A DNA stretch of 64,000 nucleotides, taken from positions 6,416,600 to 6,480,599 of the forward strand of contig NC_134036.1 of assembly GCF_964204645.1 (NCBI RefSeq), written 5' to 3'. Origin of the DNA: Tubulanus polymorphus (Eukaryota > Animalia > Nemertea). Positions 33,461-46,708 of this stretch are shown in pieces (the stretch's first letter is position 1; every line of letters starts with the position of its first letter). The notes below the pieces were generated by a model. That model did not search any database. It saw only the letters and a list, made by a program, of their open reading frames with translations, and was not told the DNA's origin. A program made the position numbers and the translations under genes.

Positions 33461-35257
33461 GGACGAAATTATGTTATTATAATTGCCCGGTGAAATTTTA
33501 CGTTACTATAGTTATACTGAAAGTAATTTAATAAACGTCGAAACCGCTGTTGATTTGTTTTAATGCGATTAATATTTAGAATATGAAACGTAAATACAAC
33601 TCAATATCATTGAACACAGATCTCTAATATAATCCTCAACGAGTCCCGCAGAGTCTTTTATCGGAGATTTGGATTTGAAAATCTAACGCGTAAAATATTG
33701 TGTATGCGTGTAGCGAATTAATATGCACAGTGTCGCGTATTGTCAGCTTAACCCTTTTAGGTTCAAGTTTTTTACTCTGTGACTACCCTAGAAATTCAAT
33801 TTTTTTCGGCCATTGTTGCGCTTTTCCGAAAACTCATATTTGAAGCCATAAAGTTCAAAAACTATTGGTCCTATAGCTTAGCAGCGAAAGAAAAGTTTGT
33901 AGACAATATTATGACCTTTCATATGATACCAGGTTTGAGTATTTTAGTTAGATTGCATAGGTCAGTCGTTGTCGGATTCATCAGAGTCGGGGCCAGGACT
34001 TGGCCTTGAGAAGGGTTTGATTTTCGTCGTCTATATCAAAAATATCATCTGAACTGTTTCATAAAGTCACTGGATTCACTGTCTATTAGCTCTAAATCAT
34101 CGTCTCCAAACTCATCATAAGCACAGATTTATAATAAAACTTGATCTGTATTTTACCTTATTTATTTCGAAAAATGACAAATTTTGACTCAAAATTGCTC
34201 AAAAACAATGAATTGCAACCCATCAAAAATTCTTACGGCGAATAATCGACAGAAACGCCATCTACCGACTAATGATGTGCTATGATGAAAACCTGTAGGT
34301 GAAACGACGATTATTTACACTTTTACAGCGCACGCCGGGGCTCGACCTACGGTCGAGCATGGACGTAAAGCCAATGTTTTTCCATCTCGACCTAGGGTCG
34401 AGCATGAACCTAAAAGGCTTAATCCCGTTTGTAGATTTCATCCGATTGGAATTTATTCAAACAGGTTTTGATGTTTGTGGTCTGAAGAATCTACGAAATA
34501 TCGACCCAGAATTGCCAAAATTCGAAAAGGACGGAATAACCGGTACATTGAATATATTTCGTTCAAAATTAGATATCTTCGGTCGGATGGACGTATCTCC
34601 GTAATATTTGATGTCTTTCGGACAATCTTTTGCCTAGAATTGCGATTCAAAAATAGAAAACAAGAAAAAAAATCAAGATTTATCATCTGAACATTGCGTT
34701 AGATTGGAACTATTTCGGTTATGAGGAAAGCTCGCTAAAATCCATTCGTATTTGAAATACCTTGCAATATCAGCGTATTCTAGAATCGACTGTAACCGAG
34801 AGAGATGCTGAATAGATTTCACAGCAATGCGCGTATATTGTTAAATGCCTCGAGGCAGTTACTTCAAAAACGGTCTAAACTTTCTGTGCACGACAGCGGT
34901 TTTCGGTATATCAGTATTCGTATACATCGAATATATACACGCCGATTTCGTGTCCTGTGGTCCTTTCAAAAATAAGCGTTCAGTTAATCTATGCACGTCA
35001 CAGCAACGTTAAACCTTAAAAAGTCTATTTCTTTTAACTTAAGACAACTTGAATTAGCAGATTGCAAAATGTAGTAATCTAAAATTTGAATGACATCTAA
35101 ATGTGGTATGATGTGCTTTTTACCGTGTTCAATTATCTTTATCAGTTTTTAAGTAATTGCGAGTGAAACTTTCAAAACACGTTTTCTCGTGTCTCCTGCG
35201 TGTACCATATCAGGAAATTTCGTAATTAAACCGGTCCTTACTTTGATGAATATCAAA

Positions 35258-35493
35258 TGAATATTGAATGGATATTGCCAGGCTTTGACATCGATTGAAA
35301 TCAAATTGATAGTTAATAAACAAACTCCGGTTTTGCCGTAGAAAATGTTTCCAAAGTAAGAGATACTAGGTGAAAGAGAAATGCAACGACACACAAAACA
35401 ATCCGACATGTGCGACAAATGATACCAGCATATCTCGGGGATGTGGTTGGGCTATCAGAGAATGGGTTTACGACATTTGAGAATCGATGACGT
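35258..35493 (-). pseudogene. Isolated, frameshifted 7TM fragment of the same receptor family
   Basis: RHRFSNVVNPFSDSPTTSPRYAGIIC and SYFGNIFYGKTGVCL...ISIDVKAWQY in different frames. Confidence 0.85.
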
Positions 35494-36412
35494 AATGATG
35501 AAAAAGTGAGCGTTGTTGTCGTTCCATTTACTAAACTAAATTTACACGAATTGACTGTCACGTGCTACACAGTTCAGTTTTCGGTTACTTGAAACTCATT
35601 CGCAAGTTTCTTTCATAAATCTCATTCCAACTTCTACATCTATGAAGCAGTATCTGAACATTGATTCGTACACCCATTCAGGTAACAGAAAGTGACAAAC
35701 CGAACGTGAAACCGAATAATTTTAGGAAATAAACTATTTCTACAAATTTACTGCGGGTTTTTATTCGTGAACTGTAGTGAGATTTATATCAGTTCACTAC
35801 AGTCAGTTTTTGACGATGTTCGTATCATTTGGCAACGTGTTATTCGCAAATAGTCTAGTCTTCATATTTCGAATGAAACGATACTTATCGGATTACTCGC
35901 GATGGTTTTGGAAATATGCGATTACGAAACTGTACCGCAGTCAGGTTACTGTCTGGCCAGGCTCGAATTTAATTTGTATTTGTAACCCATCTGCGTTATA
36001 AATGAATCGACGATCGGTTTGTGAAAAGTTCTCGAAAGCGATGAAAAGGATGTGTCGCAGAAGCGAGGAAAACATCATCGTCAATTCGAGTTATGCGTTT
36101 CACTCGTGGCAGTTACAAAAAGACTCGTCTAAAAAATGAATTGCCCGTGTACCCGAATCATTTGAGAATGGATTGCTTTTCATTTTGCAAAAAGACTCGT
36201 TAATCATCCGCCGCTTGTCTTTAACCATTTTCTTACCTACCTACTTTAAAGATTCGGAGATTTTACCTAGGGGAACTTTATCTAGGAGTCTCACCCAGGG
36301 GATTTTTACCTACAACCCACAGTTCGATAAAACGTGGTGGTCACTTATGATCACAGTTGTAAGAACGGTCGGTCACCCTTCAGAATAATGTGTTCCACAT
36401 AAAGGCACCTTA

Positions 36413-36770
36413 AGCCTAGCGCACATCGACACTGCGATCGGAGACAACTAGTTGCTACCGACCGATTACCCCGCGCACATCGAAATCTAGTTACAACCGG
36501 TCAGTTGCAGCAACTGCATGGCGCGTGTCGATCGTCGAGATCCAGAGCGCGCACATCGACGGATATGACTGCGATTGAGTACAACCATTTGCTCAAAAGT
36601 AGAACATGGGCAACTGGCTGGAACTGGAGATAGATCGACGCTTACCAATCGTAAGCTCGCTCACATCGACACATTAAAGCAACTGATCGTATCCAGCCAG
36701 TTCCTCTCATGCACCGAAAACTGCCTTGCAACTAGTTGTCTCCAATCGCAGTGTCGATGTGCGCTAGGCT
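36413..36770. mobile_element. PIF/Harbinger-type (Tourist-like) MITE
   Basis: About 43-bp TIR agcctagcgcacatcgacactgcgat...; TTA on both flanks (36410-36412, 36771-36773); internal gcacatcgac repeats. Confidence 0.8.
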
Positions 36771-37664
36771 TTAGATCAGCGAAAATATCGAAATATAGCG
36801 TATGAAACAAATCAGTATTCAGAAATTTCTAAAAAGCGACAGCTCGATAAATAGAATGTTTTTTTTTCCGTGAGATCGAACCAGGAAAGCACTTTTGCCC
36901 GAGTAAATAGTGATGCGCGCGTGGGTCGATTTTGAAATCGACCGGGTGCTCATCGATTCGGCTCGACAAAACACCGATATAGATTTCACTCAATATCAAG
37001 CTGTACAATCGTTGGTATAATTAATGAAATATTTCACACAGCGTGTTTTGTTCGAACAGTTCGTGTTCTCCATAAAGACTAAGGTACGCCCGGAGAATGT
37101 ACGATTATTCAATTATTTCGCAATCGAACGTCCATTGTCAGAGTATGCTGGTTAAAGTTTCATGAGGACATTTTGGTCATTAATTTCTATACAGCATGAT
37201 AGTCCAGTCATATTAAAGTTGAGGTTAGACAAAATTGCTCAAACTCTAATTTTATGATAAATTGACAGAACGTTCTTACCTCAGTTCATATACGATATCA
37301 ATATGGTTTGTATTCTTTTGCGACAATGTAACAAAATGCATTTCCATGGCAACAGCATCCTGTTTTCACCATATTTTGGGTATATAGATAATTATGTGGG
37401 GGCCAAGTCGTTACAAAAATACAAACATAGGGTCAAAACTTATGTTTTCTAATATGCGCTGTCCATATATGGCATTTAGAAATTGATTCAAGGTCAAGGT
37501 CATGTCAAATTTCAAATTCAAATTCAAACCAAGCACAGCAATTCCAATATGTCTTACGCTAATTCTTATTTTAAACGCCTTCTTTACGTACGGAAATACA
37601 ATATATCAATTACAAATGATCAGGTTAAATATTCATCATCAGATGAAAACATTGTTTCTTAGAT

Positions 37665-38390
37665 TATGAATTGTCGCAGGCGATAAAACCAAAATATTGA
37701 AGTGTCACAGGCGATAAAACCAAAATATTGAAGGGTCGCAGGCGATGAAACCGCGACAAAAAAAAAAAATTGTCGCGGGCGATAAAACCAAAATAATGAA
37801 TTGTTGCAGGCGATAAAACCAAAATAATGAATTGTCGCGGGCGACAAAACCAAAATATTGAATTGTCGCGGGCGATAAAACCAAAATAATGAATTTTCGC
37901 GAGCGATAAAACCAGAATAATGAATTGTCGCGGGCGATAAAACCAAAATAATGAATTGTCGCTGGTGATAAAACCAAAATATTGAATTGTCGCAGGCGAT
38001 AAATCCAAAATATTGACGTGTCGCGGGCGATAAAACCAAAATATTGAAGTGTCGCAGGCGATAAAACCGCGACAAAAAAAAATTGTCGAGGGCGATAAAA
38101 CCAAAATAATGAATTGTCGCGGGCGATAAAACCAAAATATTGAATTGTCGCAGGCGATAAATCCAAAATATTGACGTGTCGCGGGCGATAAAACCAAAAT
38201 ATTGAATGTCGCAGGCGATAAAACCGCGACAAAAAAAAATTGTCGCAGGCGATAAAACCAAAATAATGAATTGTCGCGTGCGACAAAACCAAAATAATGA
38301 ACTGTCGCGGGCGATAAAACCAAAATAATGAATTGTCGCGGACGATAAAACCAAAATCATGAATTGTCGCGGGCGACAAAACCAAAATTA
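37665..38390. repeat. About 31-bp tandem satellite (aattgtcgcgggcgataaaaccaaaataatg) with higher-order variants
   Basis: More than 20 units; explains three overlapping spurious ORFs. Confidence 0.95.
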
Positions 38391-38494
38391 TTGTTTTGTC
38401 GCGTTATTTTAATTTTTTTCGTTTTGTCATAATGTCGCCCTTTGCATATTTGCATATACGTGTTTTATACGCATGGCCCTTATCAGCCACCACA

Positions 38495-39785
38495 CTAAAG
38501 CCTTAAGGTCGCGTAAAACTCGATAAACACTTCAAGCGACACAGCGAACGATCTCCTTTCTCCAACAGCCAACGCTTAACCTAGTAGAGGCTACTAGCCT
38601 ATGTAGGCCTATGTATATGCGTAGGCCTAACATCCGGACAGATTGGTCGTAGGCCTATTGAATAACAACCCACCTAAATATCGTAAATTTTGTTTTGAAG
38701 TTCAATCCAATGAGTCCGTTAATAAACGCAACAATTATACTGTGTTTGTTTGTTTGAGTAAAGCTCAGTACCGGTAGGCCTAAAGCCGCGTCAAACTCGA
38801 TAAACACTTCAAGCGACACAGCGAACGATCCCTTTCCCCCACAGCGAACGCTTACTCCGAATGTCAAGTGTGAGTCCAGCATACGGAAAGGATTGTGTTA
38901 TATACTTGTATTTAGTAAATACCTTGTGCATTTGACAATGATCGGTATGTACTGTAGGAAATATAGAATATTGATGGTATTGATATAGAGGTTGAAGCCC
39001 GCGGCCGAATAAAGTAATATATTTCTTTATTTTGATACCTCGTCGACATAACAGCTTTTCTCCGCTATATCTCTTCGGCGTGTTTAGTTTAGGCCTACGA
39101 CTCCCCGGTACACTTATGATTTATCTTAGTAAATACACGGTTAATTTGGTAAAGAAAAATAGATATTGCTAAACTAACTGCTTGAAACCCGCAGCCAAAT
39201 CACTGGTAGTTATAAATTAATTTGTACTCGATTTGATTCTCATGATGAGGAGAAACTCGCAGCTGATCCCCGGAACGACGATGTAGTAACACTCGTCGAT
39301 TCGTCGATGTTTACGGCTCGACAGTGCTTTCAAAATCTAAAGTAGTAAATTTCCAGTGTATCGGTAATATGATTTGATGAGGAAAATGGGCTATTGTTAA
39401 AATCACTGTTTGAAGACCGCGACTGAATGTGAAGTCTGCGGCAATAAATTAGTTCATTTATACTTGAATTGATAATCGAAGTGACAGTCGGCCTGCGGGT
39501 TGATTTCGGGATGACGACTCGAAAAACATGTCGCCCCATTGAATGGGGCTAAATTTTCGATGTTTACGGCCCGACAGCGCTTTTGTAACGATGATTCGTG
39601 AAAAAACACGCGGGCTATTTGTAGATCTCAGTGAGCTGAACGATATTATATGGATTGTATATGAAACAGCGGTAAGGTAACAAAGCCTATGTTCTTTTGG
39701 TAAAAATAGTGTGGAAGAAAATAATAATAATAATAATCACGCGGATATCAATAGGGTTTTCTGTGAAATAACAGAAAACCCTAAA
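38495..39785. mobile_element. Probable non-autonomous Helitron/Helentron-like element (left boundary uncertain)
   Basis: Ends in (aat)n followed by a perfect 13-bp hairpin tagggttttctgt-gaaata-acagaaaacccta (39752-39783); internal direct repeats near 38515/38793 and 39305/39558. Confidence 0.4.
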
Positions 39786-39815
39786 AATAGAATCCAATTT
39801 GATTCAACTGTGTTT

Positions 39816-39887
39816 TGCTTCAAGGAAGGGAAACAGCGCGTGGGACTTGCGTGTCAGAATTCGGTTGGTGAGTGGTCAACTTATTGA
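39816..39887 (+). pseudogene. Possible degenerate knottin mature-peptide exon
   Basis: Reads CFKEGKQRVGLACQNSVGEWSTY*; shares CxxxG and CQNSV with the knottin but lacks the central cysteines. Confidence 0.4.
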
Positions 39888-41554
39888 AATTGAAATTTAT
39901 TTTCATTACGATGTTACATTATTGAACGATATAATAAGTATGATTAGACGAAGGGAAATGTAACAGGATAATGGGGCTGTACAGAGAGACTGAAACAGTC
40001 TATCTAAGCCGTATCACCAGAAGCATCCACACCACATTCATCACACTCACACATCATGCACACAAGTAATTAACAGGCGAAAAGTAACAAAAAAGTTGCA
40101 CATATTACACATTAACATAGGTTTGTATAGAATGAAAATTTACAAAGTGTTGAATAATGATTTATTGTAGGTACGCTTAAAGGCAGTTTCGCTTTGAATA
40201 GTTTGAATCGATTTAGAGTATTCCATAATAGGGGTTAGTTGATTTATTCAGATTTCTATAACGATATCAGTGTGTGCATGTATGGAAAACGTGACTCGTA
40301 CTTTCTTTGGGGTAAGAAAAACCATTCGTTGTTTTACGCGATGCAAACCAACGCACATTGAAGTAAATACATCTTGGAAAATTTGAAGCTTGGCCCGTAG
40401 AGCATGTAAAAATCTGGTGATTTAGTCCGGAACGTCCGCCGCATTATATAGCTAAGCCGTCCGACCACGTAGTTTTTTTCAAAAGTTATGTACCGATATC
40501 TGAATTCATGAGGAGATATTTGCCAGTTGTTTTAATAAAACGTGCTGATTAACATATTCAATTGATCCAATATGTCCATGAACTCATAATGTATATGGTC
40601 GGATGCGTATTTCAACAGGAGAGTATTTGGAAAAACTTCCTGGGAAGCTTAAACAAAAATATATCATCATATGAACTTTATTTATCTTTTTTTAACCACA
40701 ACTGTTTACAAATACATTATATATTTTACATTATGTTTAAACATGTAATAGATAAGGAATGCTTATTGAGATGAGGGAATATGATTAATAATTTGTAGCT
40801 ATAGCCGAACATATTTGTATTGGAAAAAAAAATATTTTACTGCTTTCTAGAGTCGCCTATTGAGAATAGAAAGCACGTGAAGAAGAATTTCATTGTTTTA
40901 AAATCAAAACCCATTTCCGATATAAAAGACTTGATTTCCATTTGCTGCGCTAGCTTCTGAGGTGTATTGAAATCAATAGATGATTTATTCTAGGTAACAA
41001 TACTAATGACAGTCAATTTTTGAAGTCGAACAAAGTCATCATTCGGGTGATGTCAAAATTGTGAGAGAACTGTTCTTTTGGTTAACTTGTCTTATGTAAT
41101 TATCCATTTGAATACCTCTACTAACTACCGACGGCACATGAGTATAGTAGTACAGGGACTGTTTAGATAGTTGTAAACGGAGAATTCTTTTTGTACTGGA
41201 GCTAAAAGAAATCGTCTCTTTGATTCTAGGAAATATTAACCCTTCGAAAAAAGACCAACGGCATTGTAGGCTCTAGCAATTGTATCACCCAAGCGAACTG
41301 TTTTATTACGTTTTCAGAGTTGAATTCTCGTTAGAAATTCGAGAAAGAAGACATTTTCGAGGCTGGATTTGATACGCATGATGCGAGGAAGGAAAAATGA
41401 TGTTTTTGGCAGAATATTTTCCCCCGCGATATGAAGTACTAGCGGTCTGTTGTGGTTATATAGCTTGAAACGACTAGTGCCGCGTGGTTTGCGCACGCAA
41501 AGGTGAGCATACGATTTCTGATATATTTTGATCACGCATCGAGTTCATGCTCAC

Positions 41555-41710
41555 GGCGCCGGTTCCTAATTCGAGACTTAAGTCCGAAATTTGTCTTAAC
41601 AGCATTTACAATTAAATGTGCATTTCATTCTAAAGTCTTTCGATTGACTATAGAATTAATGTTAACTTAAACTGGTCTGCAGTCTGATTTAACTAAGGAA
41701 CCGGCCCCTG
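41555..41710. mobile_element. MITE-like element
   Basis: TIR ggcgccggttcct / aggaaccggcccc. Confidence 0.55.
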
Positions 41711-43176
41711 AAGTCGTGTCTTTTTATTTGAAATGACCACCCATATTAGTCGACATCGCTGCAGATGTCTGAAATATATCTAGTATTTTATTTGATAGCG
41801 TGTAATATCTACGCGGATTCTGCGAAATCGAACACACATTTTTACTAGACAAATTTTAGCCCGCTTCATGTATTTTTTATTGCTGGAACCTAAACCGTTA
41901 CTTAGTGAGATTCGGTGTAGTTTACTATATTATCATCTTTAGTAAAGCCAGCCTATATAAAGGCTTACAATACACACAATATGATGTTGAATAACGAGAG
42001 CCTGTCGGTCGTTAGGACGCCCTTTTTAACCAGATAAAAACATATTTGATAATTTAGAAATGTGTAAGAATGAGACATATTTAATGACATGGCAATCATT
42101 TAGTCTCCTAATTGAATCAGATTGACGTAATATTCCGACATAAGAACAAGTTCATAATACACGTAACACACGAGTGCCTTGCTGAGGGAGAACTTTTCAT
42201 TTTAGAACGCAACTATTACCCCGTTTATACCCAGTTAAGTAGTTGATTTGTGCAAATTTCAACAATTTCTATATTGAATGTACTCTTAAACCATGATAAT
42301 CGCGACGACTCACATATCGATGCTGCAGTTTCACCTGTAGAGCTTTTTTTTGTAAAAATCTGTAATTGCGCAATTAATTTTATATTTGGATGTATTCATA
42401 ATAGTTTCGTGTTAATTGTCTTTGTGAACGGCGATGGATCAAATCAAACGGTTACCGCTTAGTGAAATCGTCTTGTTCGCGTTAATGATTTTAATAAATA
42501 GAGAAAAGGAAATTGATTGGATAGAAGAAAATGTCCAATAAAACACGCAGTAAATCCAACAACATTAAACACAAATTGAGATTTGCTTTTAATTGATGAA
42601 TTCAAACAACGTTTCGGATATAAACTAATAGCTGTGCGCACTTTATACTGAGGCGTGTTTCGAACTGTGGTATCGAGCACCATTAAATTCGGCTCCCTAG
42701 TGGGACAGGTTGGACGTACGTATCTACTGAGCCGGTGTTTCGAACCGAACCAGAAATTCAAAATATCGGATCGATATATCATAACTATCAGGATTAAACC
42801 AGTGTCCGGGAGCGCACTTCATGAAAACGACATCAAATATATTCAGTCTTTCAAAATACGCCTTTGTACTTTTATCTAGCTGTTTAGTCTATCTTCAACG
42901 ATAATGATGAAAGATACATTCAACCCTTTCGTAACGTGGTACGCGGTCACCTGTTACTCGCATTTTTTGTTGAGGATCTACTTGATACCAATGCGCCATC
43001 TATCGCAAAACCTTAAGTATTTCCGCTACTATGCACCTACGGTCGTTTCGAAAGATATTTTGCGCATCATTATTAATTGGTATATTTCTCTAATTGCGAT
43101 GACTACCTTACTGAATAAATCAGCCATAATGTTTTGATGTACGGGAAATTTTACCATCAAATTCTCAGATAATCAT

Positions 43177-43290
43177 CAGGCCCCAGTTCCACAGTTCTGA
43201 GTTAAGATTTGACTCTGGGTTAACTCATTGAAAATGAACTAACTTTAAATCAGGGTTAACTCTAACTCACGACTGTGGAACTGGGTCCTG
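43177..43290. mobile_element. MITE (ccagttccac family), cleanest copy
   Basis: TIR caggccccagttccacagt / actgtggaactgggtcctg. Confidence 0.75.
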
Positions 43291-45985
43291 AACACACTGC
43301 AGAAAAGAAAAGCAGGCTATGTATAGCAATTGGTTGGATATTCGCATTTTATTATTGATTATTTATGTCACCAAGGAGCCTATATAATAAGCATGTACAT
43401 ATATTTTTGTTACCTGCTATAGTGCCCTGCTGTGGGTAAGGTACCTCTTTAGTAATACTTAGAGTATCTCTTTACCGGCGGTTTGTGTTGAATCACCCGG
43501 GGAATTTCTGGCTGAGTACGGTCGGTGGGTATGGTCAGTACTGAAATTGTTTTAACCAGGAGTGCTTCAATTGAGTGTTGAGCGCATAGGAGATACAGCG
43601 ACCCGAATTGAAAGCTGTAACCCGGGTGTAACGATTAATACTCCATACATCCATTGCAGATATTGACACGTTAATGATATCCAGTAATTGAATAAATGTA
43701 ACAAATTTATTGCATGCGAAAAAAAAACGGTGAAATGTGAACAACGCAAAAATAAGGGGGAGTCTAGTGTATATAATGATGATTTATCATAGAATATCCC
43801 CGACAGAAAATAAAATTGAAAGATCGTTTTGACTGGCGATATATACCAAACACTCTGCGCTATTTCATTTATCTGTTCGATGTTGCCTGCGTTTAGATTT
43901 TGCTCGTATGGATTTCATATCGATAGTCAGTATTGTGTAAAGAAGGGGATTGAGGGACGAGTTGATCGGTAAGAAAAGAACTGCCAGCCAAGCCGCCACC
44001 TGATTCGGTATTTCTACCCGAAATACCGCGCTAAACTGAACGATAATTAACGGCAGCCAGCAAAATAGATTGCAAAGATTTATCACCAAACTCCTACGTG
44101 CTAAAACTAGTTCTGTAGGGTCAATTCTACCCGAACCAGATCTAATTCCAGAAACGAGTCTGTACATTTGTACATACGTTGCCATTATCGTAGTGAGTAT
44201 GAATGAGTTGGATAATGAAAAAATAGCTAATGAATATTGCCAGGCATTGACTTCAATTGAAATTAAATTCATCGGTAAACAAACTCCGGTTGTACCGTAG
44301 AAATTGTTTCCGAAGTAGGGGATAGGTGTTAGAGGTAGCAATGCAATAGCACACAAAATAATCCAAGATGTGCAACAAATAGCGCACACATATCTGGGAG
44401 ATGTAATTGCACTTCCTGAAAATGGATTAACGATATTTGTGAACCTATGACGTGTCATGATGAGCAAAAATATCAATGAACCTTCACAAGAAATAGAGAC
44501 CGTGATCCCAGCAAGATGACAAAATGGACTATCCATCCATAATTCCGAATTGAGAAAGTAAATGCCAGAATAAATGTAATCGGCTCAAGCGATCAGAAAC
44601 AAATATATAGACATTATGAAATCACACACAGCAACATTAATGATGATGATATCTGAAGATGGATTTGAGGAGGAAAATCGAATCGATCGAATGCGAAGTG
44701 AAATGACAATTCCGTTAGCGATGGAACTGAATGAAGCAATAACCCAAATGATAGCTCTGAGGACTGTGTTACCCATCAGATCAGAACAGGAGGAAAATTG
44801 ATCAGCTTCCGGAAGGCACTGGTCAACATTCGGAGCCATGCAGCAAAATTTGTAAGCATCAGACTTTAAGGAGACCAATGATGTCAGATTGTTGAAAACA
44901 TTTCTGTCGACAGAAATAACTTTGTAGTTGTTGGATAAATCAAGAATTTCAAGTGAAGTTAATCCAGAAAATGCGTAAAGCGAAATATGATGGATTCTGT
45001 TATTGCTGATATTCAACGACTGTAATGTAGATAAACCTCGAAATACGTTTCTACCAAGCACCAACAACGAAAGTTCGTGAAGGTCGAGAACTTTAAGTGA
45101 CTTCAAATCTTGGAAGGTATCGTCCTGTAAATGACGTATTGGATTTTCAGTAATCAATAACTCTTTCAAACTATACATACCGATGAATGTTTTTGCAGAT
45201 AATGATGTTATGTTGTTGTGTGTAAGATCTAATGTATGTAGATTATGCAGGTTTGAGAACGATTTAGGTAAAATATAAGACAATTCATTGGCGGAGATGT
45301 TGAGCATGCGCAAATAGATATGTGAAAGGAATGTCGACATGTCTAAGGTAATTTCGTTATTCGACAAAATTAAAACTCGAGTTGATGCCGAGAAAAGACC
45401 GGTAATGTTTGTTAAACCAGTATTTCTACACTCGGTCAGATGACCTTGACACTTACAACCACTCAGACAGGTGACGTTACAGAAAGCCTCGTCATCAGTT
45501 GTATTTTTACAATTTACGACACCATCGCAAACTTCAGATTGTGTAATACATCTATTTTCATGGCCGATTTAGCAACACTAATCTGACAGCTAAGCTCTAA
45601 AATAGATATTGAAAAATGGGTATCAAAATAATCGACAGAATCTTGCGATTCTGAATTTTGTATTTATATTCAAGTATTATAAGTTTTATAAATCAATATG
45701 TTTGTGTTTTTTTTTATTAACTAAAATATTGTCTGAACCTATTGGAGTATTAACATGTTCATGCAAGCTGTTACCTTCCTGGCAGGTATGACCAGTCAAG
45801 GGTATCGCAAACAAGCGAACTTGTCATTTCTTGAGATCGACAATCTGTCGTTCTGAGTAATTATTTATAATTTATAACAATGTGTAATTAACAAGTTTGT
45901 ACCAACAATTAGCAGGTTTGGCATTGGTTACCACCAACAAGGGTGATCCAAACCTTAGTTACCGTGGGCAAAGTCACGGAACAGA

Positions 45986-46050
45986 CCAATCAGGGTTATG
46001 GTATTTTTGAGGTATAAATAGTGGACGAAGGGCAGCTGAGGTCACTTTAT
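45986..46050 (+). promoter_or_regulatory. LTR promoter: CCAAT, TATA box, initiator
   Basis: CCAAT 45986, TATAAATA 46013-46020, Inr-like TCACTTT with A at 46044, 31 nt from the TATA start. Confidence 0.75.
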
Positions 46051-46116
46051 GATGAACCTCGCTTTAAGGAATAAATCTGTGTATATTTTAATCGTCTGCT
46101 CTTCGTCAAATTACAG

Positions 46117-46599
46117 GTATGTGTAATAAGTTTTATAATATTTTATTAAGTCATATTCTATGGAAATATTGACTAGGCCTAGGATGTACTTTATTTAATA
46201 ATATTACTTATTAAGTATGGCCGAATACATGGTGTTTTAATATAATAGTTGAAATAATATTAATCAATTATACTAGAGCAATAGTATGTGTTTAAATAGG
46301 TTAGATGTTCTTGAGCAGTTATGTTCTATTTTAATTAACTTGGCCGCCATTTTTGGCAAGTAATCAATGAGAATTACGGCCAGAATATGCTCGATATCAG
46401 AGAACATTAGTTTCGTATTTAAGTATTATGAAATAAGTCGACAGTATACTAATCATTAAGATAAACACGTTTTATATTTAATCTGTATCATTTATACTCA
46501 TATATCATCACATATCTATTAATGTCACTTTATGATGAACCTCGCTTTAAGGAATAAATCTGTGTATATTTTAATCGTCTGCTCTTCGTCAAATTACAG
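46117..46599 (+). other. Predicted 483-bp GT-AG intron inside the LTR, bounded by a 77-bp direct repeat (46041-46117, 46524-46600)
   Basis: CAG|GTATGT donor; AT-rich body; ttaat...tctgctcttcgtcaaattacAG| acceptor. Same in the 3' LTR (repeats 55535-55611, 56018-56094). Confidence 0.6.
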
Positions 46600-46681
46600 G
46601 GTCTGGCGTTTGTAGTTGTCTTAGCTAGAACTACCGAAGGTTACTGAGGAATACATCTATCCAAACTTTCTATTATTAAAA

Positions 46682-46691
46682 TGGTGGAGAA
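46682..46691 (+). promoter_or_regulatory. Primer-binding site, probably tRNA-Ala
   Basis: TGGTGGAGAA 1 nt after the LTR, complementary to a ...UUCUCCACCA tRNA 3' end. Confidence 0.7.
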
Positions 46692-46708
46692 CCCAGCTTC
46701 GAATACCG

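Larger units (their letters stand above)
45566..46680 (+). repeat. 5' LTR
   Basis: Matches 55060-56174 at offset 9494; only one difference noticed by eye (46675 A vs 56169 T). Confidence 0.95.

Noticed and set aside
37659-38385. Three 219-233 aa ORFs and a CRISPR-like palindromic repeat
   Set aside because: Units are adjacent with no unique spacers, there are no cas genes and the context is eukaryotic; the ORFs arise from a stop-free 31-bp repeat.
39900-41000. Possible decayed LINE 3' end on the minus strand
   Set aside because: No recognisable RT motif could be read; needs RepeatMasker.
46049-46116. LTR uORF (MMNLALRNK...) as the env leader exon
   Set aside because: Donor is phase 2 while the env acceptor needs phase 1; after LTR splicing it stops four codons later.
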